64,000 nt of DNA from Lingula anatina (taxonomy: Eukaryota; Animalia; Brachiopoda). Positions within the stretch are counted from its first letter, which is position 1, and each line of letters opens with the position of its first letter. The notes under the pieces were generated by a model. The model saw nothing but the letters and a program-made list of their open reading frames with translations. It did not search any database and was not told the origin of the DNA. The stretch is from assembly GCA_051362555.1 (NCBI GenBank), contig JBPQGU010000016.1, positions 2,976,001 to 3,040,000 on the forward strand, written 5' to 3'. The position numbers were made by a program, and so were the translations under genes. Positions 1 through 13,394 of the stretch are shown here, piece by piece.

Positions 1-1063
1 CACTTACAACTGAAGTCATTTCTGAATTAACTAATTGTGTTTTAGTTTGACCAGCAAATTTTGGATCAGGATGTAAAACAGTAACAATACCAACAATTCC
101 AGTTACAATGTCTTTGCTTTCTATATTTTTTTTATTATCTTTAAATTTTGGATCATTTTTTAATAATTTTTTGACAACACGACTTATTCCACTTTTAAAA
201 CCTTTTACATGCATTCCACCTTCTATAGTTTTAATGTTATTACAAAAAGAATAAATTCTAACATCTGATGAATCAGTATACCTAAAAATAAATTTTATTT
301 TTTTATCATCAACTTGTTTTGAACCAAAAATTACTTGTTTATGTTGATGTTCATAATTAGAACTAGAACCTACTAATTTTTGTAAATATTCTAAAATTCC
401 ATTTTCATTATAAAAAGTTGTATTTTCTTGAGTGTTTTCATCATAAAAAATAATTTTAATTTTATCATTTATATATGCAGTTTCTTCTAATCTACTCTTA
501 ATTTTTTTTACATTAAATTCATAGTTATCATCAAATCGTTCTAAGTTAGGTTGAAATTGTACAAAAGTACCTTTTTTATTTGGTTCACCATTATCTTCTA
601 CCAATAATAAATCATGTGTTTTTACACCATTTTTAAATTTCATTGAAAAAGTTTTTCCATGATTAAAAACTTTAACAACCAATCATTCTGACATAGCATT
701 TACAACAGTTGAACCAACACCATGTAAACCACCAGAAATTTGATATGTTTGTGTTGAAAACTTACCTCCTGCATGTAAAAAAGTAAAAACTGTTTCAATT
801 GTAGATAAACCTGTTTTTGGATGTTTATCTGTTGGAATACCTCTTCCATTATCTTCTATTGAAATAGAACCATCTTTTTTTAAAGTGACTTGTATTTTAT
901 TACAAAAACCAGCTAAATATTCATCAAGTGCATTATCAATAATCTCTCAAACCAAATGGTGAAAAGCATCTTGATCAGTACTTCCAATATACATTGCAGG
1001 TCTTTGTTGAATTGCTTTAACACCTTCAAAAATTTTAATTGATTTACCTGTATAATTTTCCAT
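1..1063 (-). CDS. gyrB: DNA gyrase subunit B (N-terminal part; runs off window)
   Basis: [29 protein letters not shown]...EIIDNALDE...DNGRGIP...LHAGGKF...[14 protein letters not shown] motifs; next to dnaA-dnaN, which favours gyrB over parE. Confidence 0.9.
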
Positions 1064-1096
1064 ATTTATATTTAATATTTTAACTTTTTATTTAAT

Positions 1097-1921
1097 TTAT
1101 TCTTTTAATATTTTTTTATTTAAATATTTACCTACACCTGAATTAACTTGACTTTCACACACATCAAATGCAACCTCTTTTAATTTATTTTGAGCATTTT
1201 CAACAGCAATCCCATATTTAACTTTTTTAAATAAACAAAAATCATTCAAACTATCTCCAAAGGCCATAACTTCAGAAAATGAAATTTTTAATTTATTTTT
1301 TACCAAAAATTCAACAGCTTTTGATTTTCTTGCATCTTTATTTGTTATTTCAAGTAAAGTATTTTTATTGTTTATAACTGTTAAGTCAAATGTTTTTAAA
1401 TATGATTCATATTTTTTTAATTCTTCTTTTGGACCAAACAAATTAAACCTTAACAAAACATAAGATTCTTTTTTATCATTAAAATTACCAATTTCTTTTA
1501 ATGAAATTTTATGTTCTTCAAATTCTTTATTTGATTCATTTTTTCTTAAAGTTATTGTTTTGTTTGTTTTTTCATCTAATCAATATGAAAGACCAATAAT
1601 TTTTTGATTAGATTCTAAAATTTCATTTATTTTATTAAATATTTCATTTGAAATGGTTTTTTTTCAAATAACTTTTTTTTCTGGAAATTCAAAAATTAAA
1701 GCACCACTATAAACAATTAAAAATTTACCATTTATAGATCAAACATATGGAAATGACCTTTCATATGATCTACCAGTTGTAATTACACACAATATTCCAA
1801 GCTTTTGAACCTTTAAAATACTTGTTTGATTAATATCTGAAATAGGATTTAAACCAACTGAAACAAGAGTTTCATCTAAATCCAAACATATCAATTTAAT
1901 TTTATTTTTTATAATTTTCAT
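1097..1921 (-). CDS. Cof-type HAD-IIB hydrolase
   Basis: DLDETL, TTGR, K and GDSLND motifs; two track ORFs are in one frame joined through TGA. Confidence 0.9.
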
Positions 1922-1937
1922 TTTTAATGTTATATTC

Positions 1938-2993
1938 TTATAATTTTAACAAATTAAAATGTAATTTATTGTTAATATAAAAAGTTTTTAAAAAATCACT
2001 TACAAATAAAATAATTTGAATATTTATTGGAAAAGATTTTAATATATATTCTTGTGTTTTTATAGAAAATATATCAAAATCATCTATACAAAACACAAAA
2101 CTTTTTTTCATTGAAAAAAAATAAAACTTTGCAGCAGCAAGTTTTAAAAAAATTAAAATAATTTTTTGTTCTTTTAATGAAAAAAAATCTAAATACTTTA
2201 AATCAAAAAATGATTTAAATCCCTTAAAACAAAAATCAAAAAAACTAATCTTTTTAAATTTATCATCTCTAAATTTTATTCAAAATTCTTTTATTTCTTT
2301 ATGTTCTTTTTCAAAATTAAATTTAAATTCATATTTTTGATTTCAAAACAACTTTAAAAAAGAAAAATAATTAAAATCTTTTGTAATTTCTTGAAATTTT
2401 TTAAAAATTTCTTTTGATAAAAAATATAAATTACTTTTAATCAACAAAATTCTTTCTGTCATGCTTTTTTCAATTTTTTGAATTTTATCAATAGAAAATT
2501 TTTTAGATTTATCACAAACAATATCAAACCAATTTTGAAAATCTTTTTCAAATAATTCTTTAATATCAAAAAAATTTAAATAATTTCTCAATATTTCTTC
2601 ATAAAAAAATATTTTTTGTTGTTCTTTATTTTTAAAAATATCTTCAAGTAAATAAACAAAAAAACAAAAAATATATTTTTGTTTTTTTTGTAATTTAATT
2701 TTTTTTTCGTTTTTATAAAAAGTTATTTTATTATCTTGAATAAATGTTTTTAATTGATACTCAAAATTATTTTCAAAAACATCACAATAAATAGCTGAAT
2801 ATGTTTTGTTTAATTGAATTAAATTTTTTTGTAACAATTTTAATGGTAAAAAATTAGAAAAATAAATAGATTCAAAAATTGTAGTTTTACCTTTACCAAA
2901 ACAACCAGAAATTAATGTTTTTTTATTTGAAAAAACATATTCTATTCTTTCTATATTTTTTAAATTTAATATTTTTATTTTTTTTAAAAACAT
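1938..2993 (-). CDS. recF: Highly diverged RecF-like ABC/SMC-type ATPase
   Basis: Walker A GCFGKGKT near N-terminus, Walker B-like FVFCIDD near C-terminus, ~351 aa, lies between dnaN and gyrB. Confidence 0.6.
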
Positions 2994-4094
2994 TTAATAA
3001 CTTCAAAATGGCAAAATTAAATTTATTACATTTTCATCGTTTTTCATTTGTACAAAAACAGGTCCATTTTTTTCAGAAAATTTAATAACAATATCATTTT
3101 TATCAAAACCACGTAAAGCATTAATTAAATATTTTACTTGTAATACAGTATCTTTAAAATGACCTTTTATTTTAGCTTTTTCTATTTCTTCTTCTGAATA
3201 ACCAACTTGATTATCATTTGTAGAACTTAAAAAAAATTTATTTTCTTTAACTTTTAAAACAATTGATGGTATTTCATCTTTTTCATTAATTACATCTATA
3301 CGTTCAATAGCTTTAATAACTTCTTTACAATCACATTCAACTTCTGCTTCTATACTTTGTTTCAATTGTGTTTCTGTGTTTGGAAAAATTTCATTAAAAG
3401 TTTTTGTTAATATTTTTGTATTTTCATCAATACAAACCAAAACCTGATCTTTTGTAAAAAATACTTTTTTTTCTAAATTTTTTATACAAAGTCTAAAAAT
3501 TTCTGAAAAAAACATAACAGGTAAAATTACATCAATTTCTTTATTTATATTTTCTAATAAAATTTTTCTTGCAATTCTTGAACCATCTGTTGCAGTTGCA
3601 ATAAGTTTATTATTAAAAACTCTTAAATTAATACCTTTAAATGCTGTTCTTCCATCTTTTCCTTGTACAGCAAATGAAACTTGTTTAATAATTTCTTTAA
3701 ATGTATTTTTTGGTAGTAATATTTCTTGACCAATTATTTCAAAATTTGGTTTTCTAAACATTTTAATATCTAATGCATTTACTCTATTTTTTGATTTACC
3801 TGAAATAAAATGAATAATGTTTTGATCACTTGTTTTAATGTTTATTGTTCCGTCAAATTTTTGACATAATTCATTCATAATATATCCATTTACTACAAAT
3901 TTACCAGTCTCTATTATTTCTAAATCATTACTTTTTTTTTCAATAGAAATAACATTATTGTTTGAAATTATTGATATTTCATTTTCAGTTACTTCAACAA
4001 TAAAAATATTATTTCTAAAATCACTAGAATAAGCAATTTTATATGTTGCATAAAGTAAATCTTTTAATACTTGTGTTTTAATATTTATGTTCAT
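2994..4094 (-). CDS. dnaN: DNA polymerase III beta sliding clamp
   Basis: ATATDGSRIA motif, C-terminal LILP, ~366 aa, directly after dnaA. Confidence 0.95.
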
Positions 4095-4245
4095 TTAATT
4101 TATTATATTTTTGAAATTTTTATTATGTTTTATAATTTATATTTATTATTTTAATATATTATTATTATGTTGTTAATTTTGTTAAAAATTAAAAAAAAAC
4201 AATATCAACACTTAAAAAATATATGTTATTAAAAAGTTAATAAAA
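4095..4245. other. Putative oriC component (dnaA-dnaN intergenic)
   Basis: AT-rich spacer with degenerate DnaA-box-like 9-mers (atatcaaca at ~4202; tgttgttaa and tgttattaa on the reverse strand). Confidence 0.45.
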
Positions 4246-5481
4246 CTAAAATTCTAAACATTTATTTTTTATTTCACACAATTCTTGTTTTAAATTTTCA
4301 TTAGTTTTTAATAATTGTCTAAATTTTTTGATACCATTTACAATTGTTGTATGGTTTTTAGCTTTGAAAATTTTAGCTATAGATTCAAATACATCACCTC
4401 TTAATTCTCTTATTAAATACATAGACATATATTTTGCTATAACTATTTCTTTATTTCTTTGTTTAGAAGTTAATTTATTTTGATTAAGACTATAAAAATT
4501 TGCAACTATTTTTATTATTTTTTGAACTGTTATTTTATTTTCTATTGAAAATTTATAGTTACTTATTAAATTTTTAAAATCATGTATATCAAAAACTTTT
4601 TCACATGAGTTAAAAACTATTTTTTTTACAATACCTTCTAATTTTCTTATATCTTGTCTGAAGTTTTTTGAAATAAATTTAATTACTTGTTTATCTATTT
4701 TATTAATAGAAAAATTTAAATCTTGTAATTTTTGTTCAATAATTTTTATTCCTGCTTCTATACTTGGAGTATCTATTTTTAAAACTATACCTTTTTGTAA
4801 TCTTGAAATTATTCTTTTGTTTATGTTTATTAATTCTTCTGGATGAACATCTGCAGCAAAAACAAAGTTTATATGTTTGTTATTTATTATTTGAAAAAAA
4901 ATATCTGATATTTTTTCTTTTCCAGTTAAAAATTGAATATCATCAAATAATATTAATTCATATTTATTTATTAAATTATTTTTAAAAATTTCTATTTTTT
5001 TACTTTCATTTTTGTTAAATAAATCATAAATTTGTTTAATAAAGTCGTTAGTATGTATATATTTTGTTGAAATTTTGTTTTTATTTGATAAATCTTCTAA
5101 TTTTTCTAAAATAAAAGTTTTTCCTAAACCTGGTTCTGAATGTATAAAAACAGGATTAAATTTAAAGTCTTTATTTAACATTCTTTCAATAAGATCAATT
5201 ATTGCTTTATTGAATTTGTCAATTATTAAACCCTCTAATTTTGGTGAACTTATTTTACAAAATTTTATTTCTGGAATTTCAAACATTAATTGTTTAAAAA
5301 CACCATCTCTTTCTAACTTTTTAAAAATTAAATTGGATTTTGAAACAAAAGTTAAAGTATTGTTTTCAAAACATTTAGGATTACAATTATCAAAAAAATG
5401 TTCAACATAATATAAGTCTTCTTTTTTTATAATTTCTTCTCTTATTTTATTTCAAGTATTAAATATTTTTTTTAACATCAT
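4246..5481 (-). CDS. dnaA: Chromosomal replication initiator DnaA
   Basis: FNPVFIHSEPGLGKT, LFDDIQFL, IRKLEG, KNHTTI; frame extends upstream through a TGA to ATG at 5481. Confidence 0.96.
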
Positions 5482-5678
5482 ATTTTAATAATTTTATATC
5501 TTTAGAAAAAACATTTATTATTTAAACAATAAAATCACAAATTTTTAGTATAAAAAATATTATCAAATATAAAAAAAATAATTAAAATAACAATAATATT
5601 TTTTATATAAAAAGAATTTAAAAAAAGTTTATATCTGAAATTTATATTAAAAATGTTTATAATTAAATTAATTTTATT
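5482..5678. other. Putative oriC component / divergent dnaA-rpmH promoters
   Basis: Very AT-rich spacer where gene orientation switches from minus to plus; canonical rpmH-dnaA divergence. Confidence 0.5.
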
Positions 5679-5819
5679 ATGAAAAGAACTTGACAACCAA
5701 AAAAATTAAAAAGAAAAAGAAAACATGGTTTTCTTTCTAGAATGACTACTAAAGGTGGACGTTTAATTTTAAAACGTCGTAGAAAAAAGAACCGTAAAAC
5801 ATTAACAGTTAGTGGTTAA
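5679..5819 (+). CDS. rpmH: 50S ribosomal protein L34
   Basis: [46 protein letters not shown] (W encoded by TGA). Confidence 0.97.
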
Positions 5820-5821
5820 TA

Positions 5822-6166
5822 TTGAAAAAAGCATTAAAAAATAAAGAAATTCAAAATTTAATTAAAAAAAACAAAACAATAAATGTAAAAATGATTTTTT
5901 GTTTTTTTTCTTTTAATAACAAAGAATTAAAATTTTCTTTTTCTTCATCAAAAATATTTAAAAATAAACCTATAAGAAATAAAATAAAAAGACAATTAAG
6001 ATCAATTGTATTTAAAATTAATGATTGACCATTAGATTTAAATTTGTTTTTGATAGCTAAAAAAAATTTTTGTGATTTTAATTATAATGAAATATGTGAA
6101 AATATAAATATAATTAAAAAAAAGATAAAAAAAATAAAATGTTTAAAAAGTGGTCAAACAATTTAG
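5822..6166 (+). CDS. rnpA: RNase P protein component
   Basis: Basic ~114 aa with RNKIKRQLR (RNR-like) motif; between rpmH and yidC. Confidence 0.85.
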
Positions 6167-7347
6167 TTATAAAAGCAAAAAAAAAAGATAATGTTTTTGT
6201 AAAAATACTAAAAATAATTAGAATTTTTTTAGTAATTTCTATGATTATTATTGCAATTTGAGGTCTTGGTTCTTTATTTTTTGAAAAGTCTATAGGTGTT
6301 TCATCTGTTGGTACAGGTGAAAGAGAAAAAATTTATTCAGGTATTTTTTTTGAATTAGGTGGTGGTCTGGAAAATGTAGATTTTAAAAGAAGAATGATGT
6401 TACATTTTGTAGATGGCAAATTATATCAATATGATTATCATTTGGTAAAAGAATGATCAGATATTGTAAATGTTACAATTTCTCCATTTTATATAATTTT
6501 TGTTTATCCTGTTTCATGAGTTTTTACAAAATTATGTATTATTTTTGGTTTGAATATAAATGAAAGTAATTTAAGTAACATTTTCATTATTCTTTCTACA
6601 TTATTTATGGTTAGTTTGATGTTACGTTTGATTAATTTTTATAGCACTTGAAATAAAAAGGTTATGGAAGAAAAAAAGAAAAGAATACAATCAAAAATTG
6701 ATGAAATTAATACAAAGTATTCAAAAGATAATAGCATGCAATCACGTCAAATGAAACAACAAGAAATATATGCTTTATATTCTAAAAATAAAATAAATCA
6801 AGCAAGCCCTTTATATGGTTTGGTTTTTATGCCTTTTGTGTTTGTTCTTTTTGCTTTTGTTAGAGCAAATTATTTAATAAAAACAACAGAATTAAAAGAT
6901 CCTGAAAGCACAAAAGTTTTATTTTCATTTTCATCATCTATATGAAATTCATTAAAAAGTAGTAGTTTTCAAAATTGACGTATGTATATAATTGGTATTG
7001 TTTACTTTATTATTTTAGGAACAAAACATTTTTTAACATGACATTTTAAATCTAAGCAAAGAACAGTTATAAAAAAAGTTGTAACAAAAGTTCCACAAAA
7101 CACAATTGCTGGTTTTAGTAAGGGAAAAATAATTCAAATAGTATTTCAAGTTATGCTTATTGTTTTTTTCTTTACATTCCCTATTGGAGTTTCAATCTAC
7201 TTTACATTTAATTTATTTTTTGAAATATTAGAAAAAATATTCTTTGAATTTTTGTTAGATAAAAGAAAAAAAGTCGAAGTTTTAAGAAAAAAAGGCATTA
7301 AAACAAGTATATGAAGACAATTGTTTTTTATAAAAAAAGTAAAATAA
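6139..7347 (+). CDS. yidC: Membrane protein insertase YidC
   Basis: Multiple TM segments, IQSKIDEINTKYSKD...QQEIYALYSKNKIN, PIGVSIY; conserved synteny. Confidence 0.88.
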
Positions 7348-7754
7348 ATAAATATAATCAAACTTTAAAACAACCAAGTTATTATTTTATTAAAAAAGTT
7401 ATATCAATATTTTTTTTTAAAATTAAGTATGAGGTTGTATTTTTTAATAATCAAGATATTATTGATTTTTTAAATAAAAAAATTATTGATTTAATTTCAA
7501 ATGAATTTGAGTTAATAATAAAATTTAAAGATATAAAAATTAAACATTTACAAGAAATAACTGTTACTTTAGATACAAATAATAACAATTTATTGTTTGG
7601 TAAATTTGGTCAAAATAAAACTTCAATTGAAAAGTACTTTTCATTAGTTTGTTCAAAAGTTTTTTTAACAAAAATTAAAATAAATATTAAATTTTTAAAT
7701 AAAAAAAATAATTTTACAAATAAAAACAATCACAAAAAACAATCACAAAAATAA
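7311..7754 (+). CDS. Jag/KhpB-like KH-domain protein (short; no R3H domain seen)
   Basis: LLFGKFGQ GxxG KH-like loop; position after yidC. Confidence 0.5.
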   Translation: MKTIVFYKKSKINKYNQTLKQPSYYFIKKVISIFFFKIKYEVVFFNNQDIIDFLNKKIIDLISNEFELIIKFKDIKIKHLQEITVTLDTNNNNLLFGKFGQNKTSIEKYFSLVCSKVFLTKIKINIKFLNKKNNFTNKNNHKKQSQK

Positions 7755-7756
7755 AA

Positions 7757-8545
7757 ATGAAAAATAAATTTGGTTTTTTTGATACACATTTTCATCTTTT
7801 TGATGAAAGATATAAAAATGAACAAAAATTTTCAGAAAAAGAATTAATAGATAAAGCATTTAAAAATAATGTTGGATGAATTTGTAATGTTTCTACAACA
7901 TTAAAAGATAGTAAAATTGTTTTAAAACAAATACAAAAATATAAAAATGTTATTGGAGCAATTGGATGTCATCCAAATTATTCTTATCAATGAAACAAAA
8001 AACAATATCTTGAATTAGAGATGATGTTAAAAACAAATAAAATAAAAGCTATTGGTGAAATAGGATTAGATTATTATAGAAATTTTTCAACCAAAAAACA
8101 ACAAGAAAAATGTTTTATAGATCAATTAAAATTATCAAAAAAATATAATTTACCTGTTTTACTCCATTTAAGAGAATCATATCAAGATGCAATTAGTATT
8201 ATTGAAAAATTAAATATAAAAAAAGGTATTGTTCATTGTTTTTCTGGTACATTAAAACAAGCTAAAAAATTTATTGATTTAGGTTTTTTGATTTCTATTT
8301 CAGGTGTTGTTACATTTTCTAATGCTAAAAATTTAAGAGAAGTTGTAAAAAATATTTCTTTGGAAAAAATCGTTGTAGAAACAGATGCACCATATTTAAC
8401 ACCAGTACCATTTAGGGGTAAGATAAATTATTGTGAATATATAAAATTTACAATAGAAAAAATTGCAGAAATAAAAGATATTTCTTTTGAAAGTGTTGTT
8501 GAAAACACAACTAAAAATGCTTTAAATTTATTTGGTTTAAAGTAA
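7757..8545 (+). CDS. tatD: TatD family DNase
   Basis: FDTHFHL, GCHP, IGEIGLDY, VHCFSG, ETDAPY. Confidence 0.93.
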
Positions 8546-8548
8546 ACA

Positions 8549-8625
8549 TGGTGACTCAGAACAGATTTGAACTGTTGACACCTTGAGCTTCAGTCAAGTG
8601 CTCTACCAGGCTGAGCTACTGAGTC
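8549..8625 (-). tRNA. tRNA-Phe (GAA)
   Basis: Cloverleaf GACTCAG...CTGAGTC-A-CCA; anticodon loop CTGAAGC. Confidence 0.93.
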
Positions 8626-8705
8626 ATGTTTATTTAAAATATTATAATATTTTTTAAAATTTTATTTATAATTAATAATAATAAAATGAATTTATTTGTT
8701 TTGTT

Positions 8706-8780
8706 GGACCTGTGGTGTACTGGTAACATGTCTCCCTGTCCAGGAGAAGATAGCGAGTTCGATCCTCGTCAGGTCCGCCA
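8706..8780 (+). tRNA. tRNA-Asp (GTC)
   Basis: GGACCTG...CAGGTCC-G-CCA; anticodon arm TCTCC-CTGTCCA-GGAGA; TTCGA T-loop. Confidence 0.93.
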
Positions 8781-8784
8781 TTTT

Positions 8785-9495
8785 ATGGAAAAAACAATTT
8801 TAGAAATAAAAGGTTTAAATAAAAGTTATAAAAATAATGTTGTTTTTAATGATTTAAATTTTAAACTTTATGAAAATGACATTCTAGCATTAGTTGGTTC
8901 AAATGGTGCTGGAAAAACAACTTTAATAGAAATTATTAGTGGAATTAAAAAATATGATTCTGGAAACATTCAATATATTGGTTCAAAAACAAAATTTTTA
9001 TCAAACTTAAATGTTTGTTTTCAAGAAGGTGGTTATCCTTATGGAATAAGGGTTTTTGATATTATATTACTTTTTTCAAATGTTTATGGTGTTTTAAAAG
9101 ATGAATATCTTTATAAAAAATTAAAAATTAAAGAACTTGAAAAAAAATCAATGAATAGTTTGTCTTTTGGACAAAGAAAACGTTTTGAATTGTATATTGC
9201 ATTATTTTCAGGTGTTAAATATATAATTTTAGATGAAATTACATCTGGTGTTGATGTATGGATGAGGATTGTTGTTTTAGATATTTTAAAAACATATATT
9301 AAAAAAAATAAGTTAACATTAATTTATATTACACATAATTTTGAAGAGATTAAATCCATTTGTAATAGAGTTGTTTTATTAACTAGAAGCGGAATTGTTT
9401 TAGATAAAAGAATTAATAATAAAATGAACTTAAAAAATGAAATTGAAAAAAAAATAAAAGAAGAACACAAAAAAATATTAAATATTAAAAATTAA
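8785..9495 (+). CDS. ABC exporter ATP-binding protein
   Basis: GSNGAGKT, LSFGQ, ILDE, ITH; true start is the ATG after tRNA-Asp, not 8686. Confidence 0.9.
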   Translation: MEKTILEIKGLNKSYKNNVVFNDLNFKLYENDILALVGSNGAGKTTLIEIISGIKKYDSGNIQYIGSKTKFLSNLNVCFQEGGYPYGIRVFDIILLFSNVYGVLKDEYLYKKLKIKELEKKSMNSLSFGQRKRFELYIALFSGVKYIILDEITSGVDVWMRIVVLDILKTYIKKNKLTLIYITHNFEEIKSICNRVVLLTRSGIVLDKRINNKMNLKNEIEKKIKEEHKKILNIKN

Positions 9496-9514
9496 TTAAA
9501 GGTATACAAACAAT

Positions 9515-10447
9515 ATGTTGTCATTTATAAGAAAACAAACTTTTTTAGCATTATTTTATTTAGTTGCAAGAAATTATTTTAAAAATTATATGTTAATTTT
9601 TACAAATTTTATTTTACCTTTAGTAGTTATGTTGATTTTTTGATCTGTTTTTGAAAAAGGTAAAAATGATTTATTTTATATTCCTAAATTATTACCTGGA
9701 TTAGCATCTTCTGGTATTTTTTCTGTTGGACTTATTTCATTTAGTTCTATTGTTGCAGGTTGAAAAAAATCAGTTATATTTAAAAAAATAAAAGCTTCTT
9801 CTGTTCCAAAATTTTATTTACCTTTAGCTTTATTTTTGTTTTATGTAATTATTTCATTTTTATCATTTTGAATGACAATATTTTTTTCTATGATTTTAAA
9901 TGAAAAAAATATTGAACAATTTAAACATATAAGTAATTCAAAAAATATTTTAAATATAATTATTGGGGTTATTTTTACAATATTTATATCAACTTTAATA
10001 GGTTTATTTATAGGATATTTATCTTCAAGTCAAACAACTGCACAAACAATTGGTTTATCTTTTATGTTAATAAATGCTTTTTTGTTAGGATGTTATATAA
10101 CACCTGATATGTTGATTTCAAATAAAACAATTCATTGATTTTCAATATTTTTTCCACATTATTCATCTATTAAATTGATTCAAATAGGATGATTTGATGG
10201 AGGAATTTTTAAAGATTTAAATCAAGTTATTAGAGAAACAACTGATAAATCTGAAATGTATGAAATGTCATATTATAATGTTGATGTTTTAAAAACAAAA
10301 ATTTGTGATATGAAAAATAATTTATTAAATTGAATTGAATTTTCAAAAATTAACTTTAAATGACAAATACAAATTTTAATGTCTGGTTGAACTTTGTTGT
10401 TTGTTTTTTTAAACTTTTTAATTCTTAAATTTAAGAAAAATAAATAA
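9515..10447 (+). CDS. ABC-2 type permease
   Basis: About 6 TM helices; directly after the ABC ATPase; open through TGA codons. Confidence 0.8.
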
Positions 10448-10484
10448 CAAAAAATTTAAAATTGTTATATAAATATTAAAAATT

Positions 10485-13394
10485 ATGAAAATTTGATCAA
10501 AAATTTATAATATTATTTTCAATAACAAGTTTTTTATTTTTATTGGTAGTATATTTACATCTATTATTTTAATAATTTCTATATTTTGAGGTGTATATTT
10601 AAAACCAAAAATTAATATATTTTCAAATATTAAAAAAAATTTAAAAGTTAATGATGAAGAATTTGTAGAAAATTTATCTAATAAATTATTAAAGTTAAAA
10701 TATATTTTTGATAGTAAAGAATTATCTAAAATCATTTTTAAGGCATTTTTAATTAAAGATTTGACAAGAATTAAAGAAATATTACATTTAAAAGATGTAT
10801 TTATTTTTGAAGGTAAAATAAATGTTTATTTTAATAAAATAAATGGAGAAATAAATTGAAATGAAATACAAGATTCTAAATTTTTAAATGATGAATTAGA
10901 AAAACAAATTGAACATTGAATTTTAAAATTAGAAACAGTAGAAATAGATATTGAAAGAGAATTACTTTATGAAAAAATTAATGAAGAATACAATTTAAAT
11001 GAAAAAAGAAAAAATGATGTTATTAAAGTATTAACAAATCCTACAAAAACTGAAGATGAAAAATTATTAGAATTAGAAATAATTAAAAATAAAAATCCAT
11101 TAAAAGCAGAAAGTTTTTCATTATTAAGTGGAGAGATTGTTAAGTTAAGAGAAATAAAAAATTTAAATTATTTAAATGAAATATTAAGATGAGTTAAAAG
11201 TATAGGTTTGGATGTTTTAAAAATCAAGAAACAAGAAATTAAAAATCTTTGAAATGATTCAAGTAAAAAAATTATGAAATTTGGTTTAAATAATTTAAGA
11301 ATAAAAGAAATATCAAATTATTTTAGTTTTGAAAATATAAATTTTGTTTCAACCAATGATTTTGATGCAACCACTGGAGATTTTAAAATAGGTATAGATT
11401 TTTTTATGGATAAATTAAGTTTTTATGATTTAGAAAGTTTGAAAACATGAATAGAATCGTTTGATAATTTTTATAATAATATGTTAAAAATTAAAATAGA
11501 AAAAGAATTTGAAAAAGAAACAAAAAATAAAGAGTTGGTTAAAAAAGTTTTAGATAATTTTTATTTTGATGTAAAGATGAAAGAACTTTTGGGTTTTATT
11601 TCAAATAATAACAACAATTATTATGATTATGGATTAAAGAAAGAATATTTTTCAAATATTGATGGTACGTTTAATTCATTTTTTAATTCTGAATTTAATG
11701 ATACTGAAAAATTAGAAAAAATAATTGATGAATGAATACCTAATTTAAAAACATATGAAAATAAAATAAATAAAGCAGTTTTAATTAAACAAATAATTGA
11801 AGAATATACAACAGAATTAAAAGAAAATTATAAATTATTAAAAAATAGTATTACTTCATATCAAATACCAATTGCAACCTCACTTAAAGAAGAAGATTTT
11901 GAATCTGATTTTTCATTTAAAGAAAACATTTTAAATTCAAAAACAATTTTACAATTAAATAAGATTAAAGAATGAGTAGAATCTTTAGAAAATAATTCAG
12001 AAGTAACAAGAATTAAATTAAAAAATTTAAGAAGTGCAATAAATCCTAAATTATCAGATACTGAATTTAATTTGAAATCAGATATTTTAATAGTTTTAAA
12101 AAATTTTAATGGTAATGGTCAATTAGTAACAAATGAACAAAAACAAACATTTTTAGAAATTACTGAATGTCGTTTTTTAGAAGGTTGTACACACAAATGA
12201 ACTGTTGATGATTTTGATTTAATAACAGGTTTATTTAAAGTTACATCTTTAAATAGTTTTGATAAAGAAAAATTAGATCAAATTAATATATGAATAGATT
12301 TATTAAAGACAAATAAAATAAAAATAAAAATTTTAAAAACTCAAATTAAATTAAATTTAGATGAAAATAAGAAAAATATTTGATCTAAAGCAAATAAGAT
12401 AATAGATCCTAAAGATAAATTTAATGCATTGAAATTAAGTCCTACAATATATAGTATAGATACAGATTTAAATGAAAATTTGAATGAATTTGATGGTTTT
12501 TTTAATTATAGTGAAAAAGAATTAAATGAAGAAAATATTGAAAAAATTCTTGATGTTTCAAAATTGAATAAGATTAAATCATGAATAGATATTATTGATG
12601 ATGACATGGAAGAAGAAATAGAAAAAGCTATTTTGATAGAAATTTTGATTGATCAATCAGAAGAAGATGTTTTAAATGAATTAATTAAAGAAGTTTTAGA
12701 TGGAAATGGTTTTACAGAAACAACATTTTTAAAAAGAGAAGATATTAATGATAATGGTATATTTAAAAAAGATAAATTAAAAAATCACAAAACAAAAACA
12801 CAATTAAATAGTATAGAAACTTGATTAAAAGATATTATAAAAAATAAAATTAATACTATTTATACAGATGAAATAAAGTCAATTATTAAAAGATGAAAAA
12901 ATTTTGCAATTGAAGAAGAACAAAAATCAAATATGCATTTTAATGAAGAAAATAGTATTACATTTAATTCTTTTAATCATGATGGTAGTTTTTTAGATAC
13001 ATTTGTACAAAATAAAAACATAATTCAATTAAAAACTATTTTAGAATGAGTAAAAAACGTTAATTCATATGATTCAAGTGTTAAATATAAAATTGATTTA
13101 AATAAAATTAAAGAATTTTTTGAAACTAAAGGAATTAATACAATGAGTGTTTCAGGTGATGAAATTCAAACAGGATTTCAAATTGATAATTATGATGTTT
13201 ATTTTAAAATCGATTTAGATCAAAAATACAGTAAAGATGAATTAAGTTTTGTTATTTTTAAAGATAATGCTTATTGATGATCAACAGATGAAGAAATAGG
13301 TACTGGTAAAATTACATTAAATAATAATGGCAAATATGATGTTACTTTTGAATCAGAAAATAGTCAACTTAAACAAAAACTTGGTTTTTCATAA
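10485..13394 (+). CDS. Large N-terminally anchored surface protein (~969 aa) with degenerate Trp-centred repeats
   Basis: Single frame containing track ORFs 11481 and 12606; N-terminal TM; about 9 LxxIxxW[IV]xxL motifs. Confidence 0.75.

Noticed and set aside
4764-5410. Plus-strand ORFs 4764-4985 and 5075-5410
   Set aside because: Shadow ORFs antisense to dnaA
8686-8784. N-terminal extension of the ABC ATPase in the track
   Set aside because: It is a translation of tRNA-Asp; the real start is 8785
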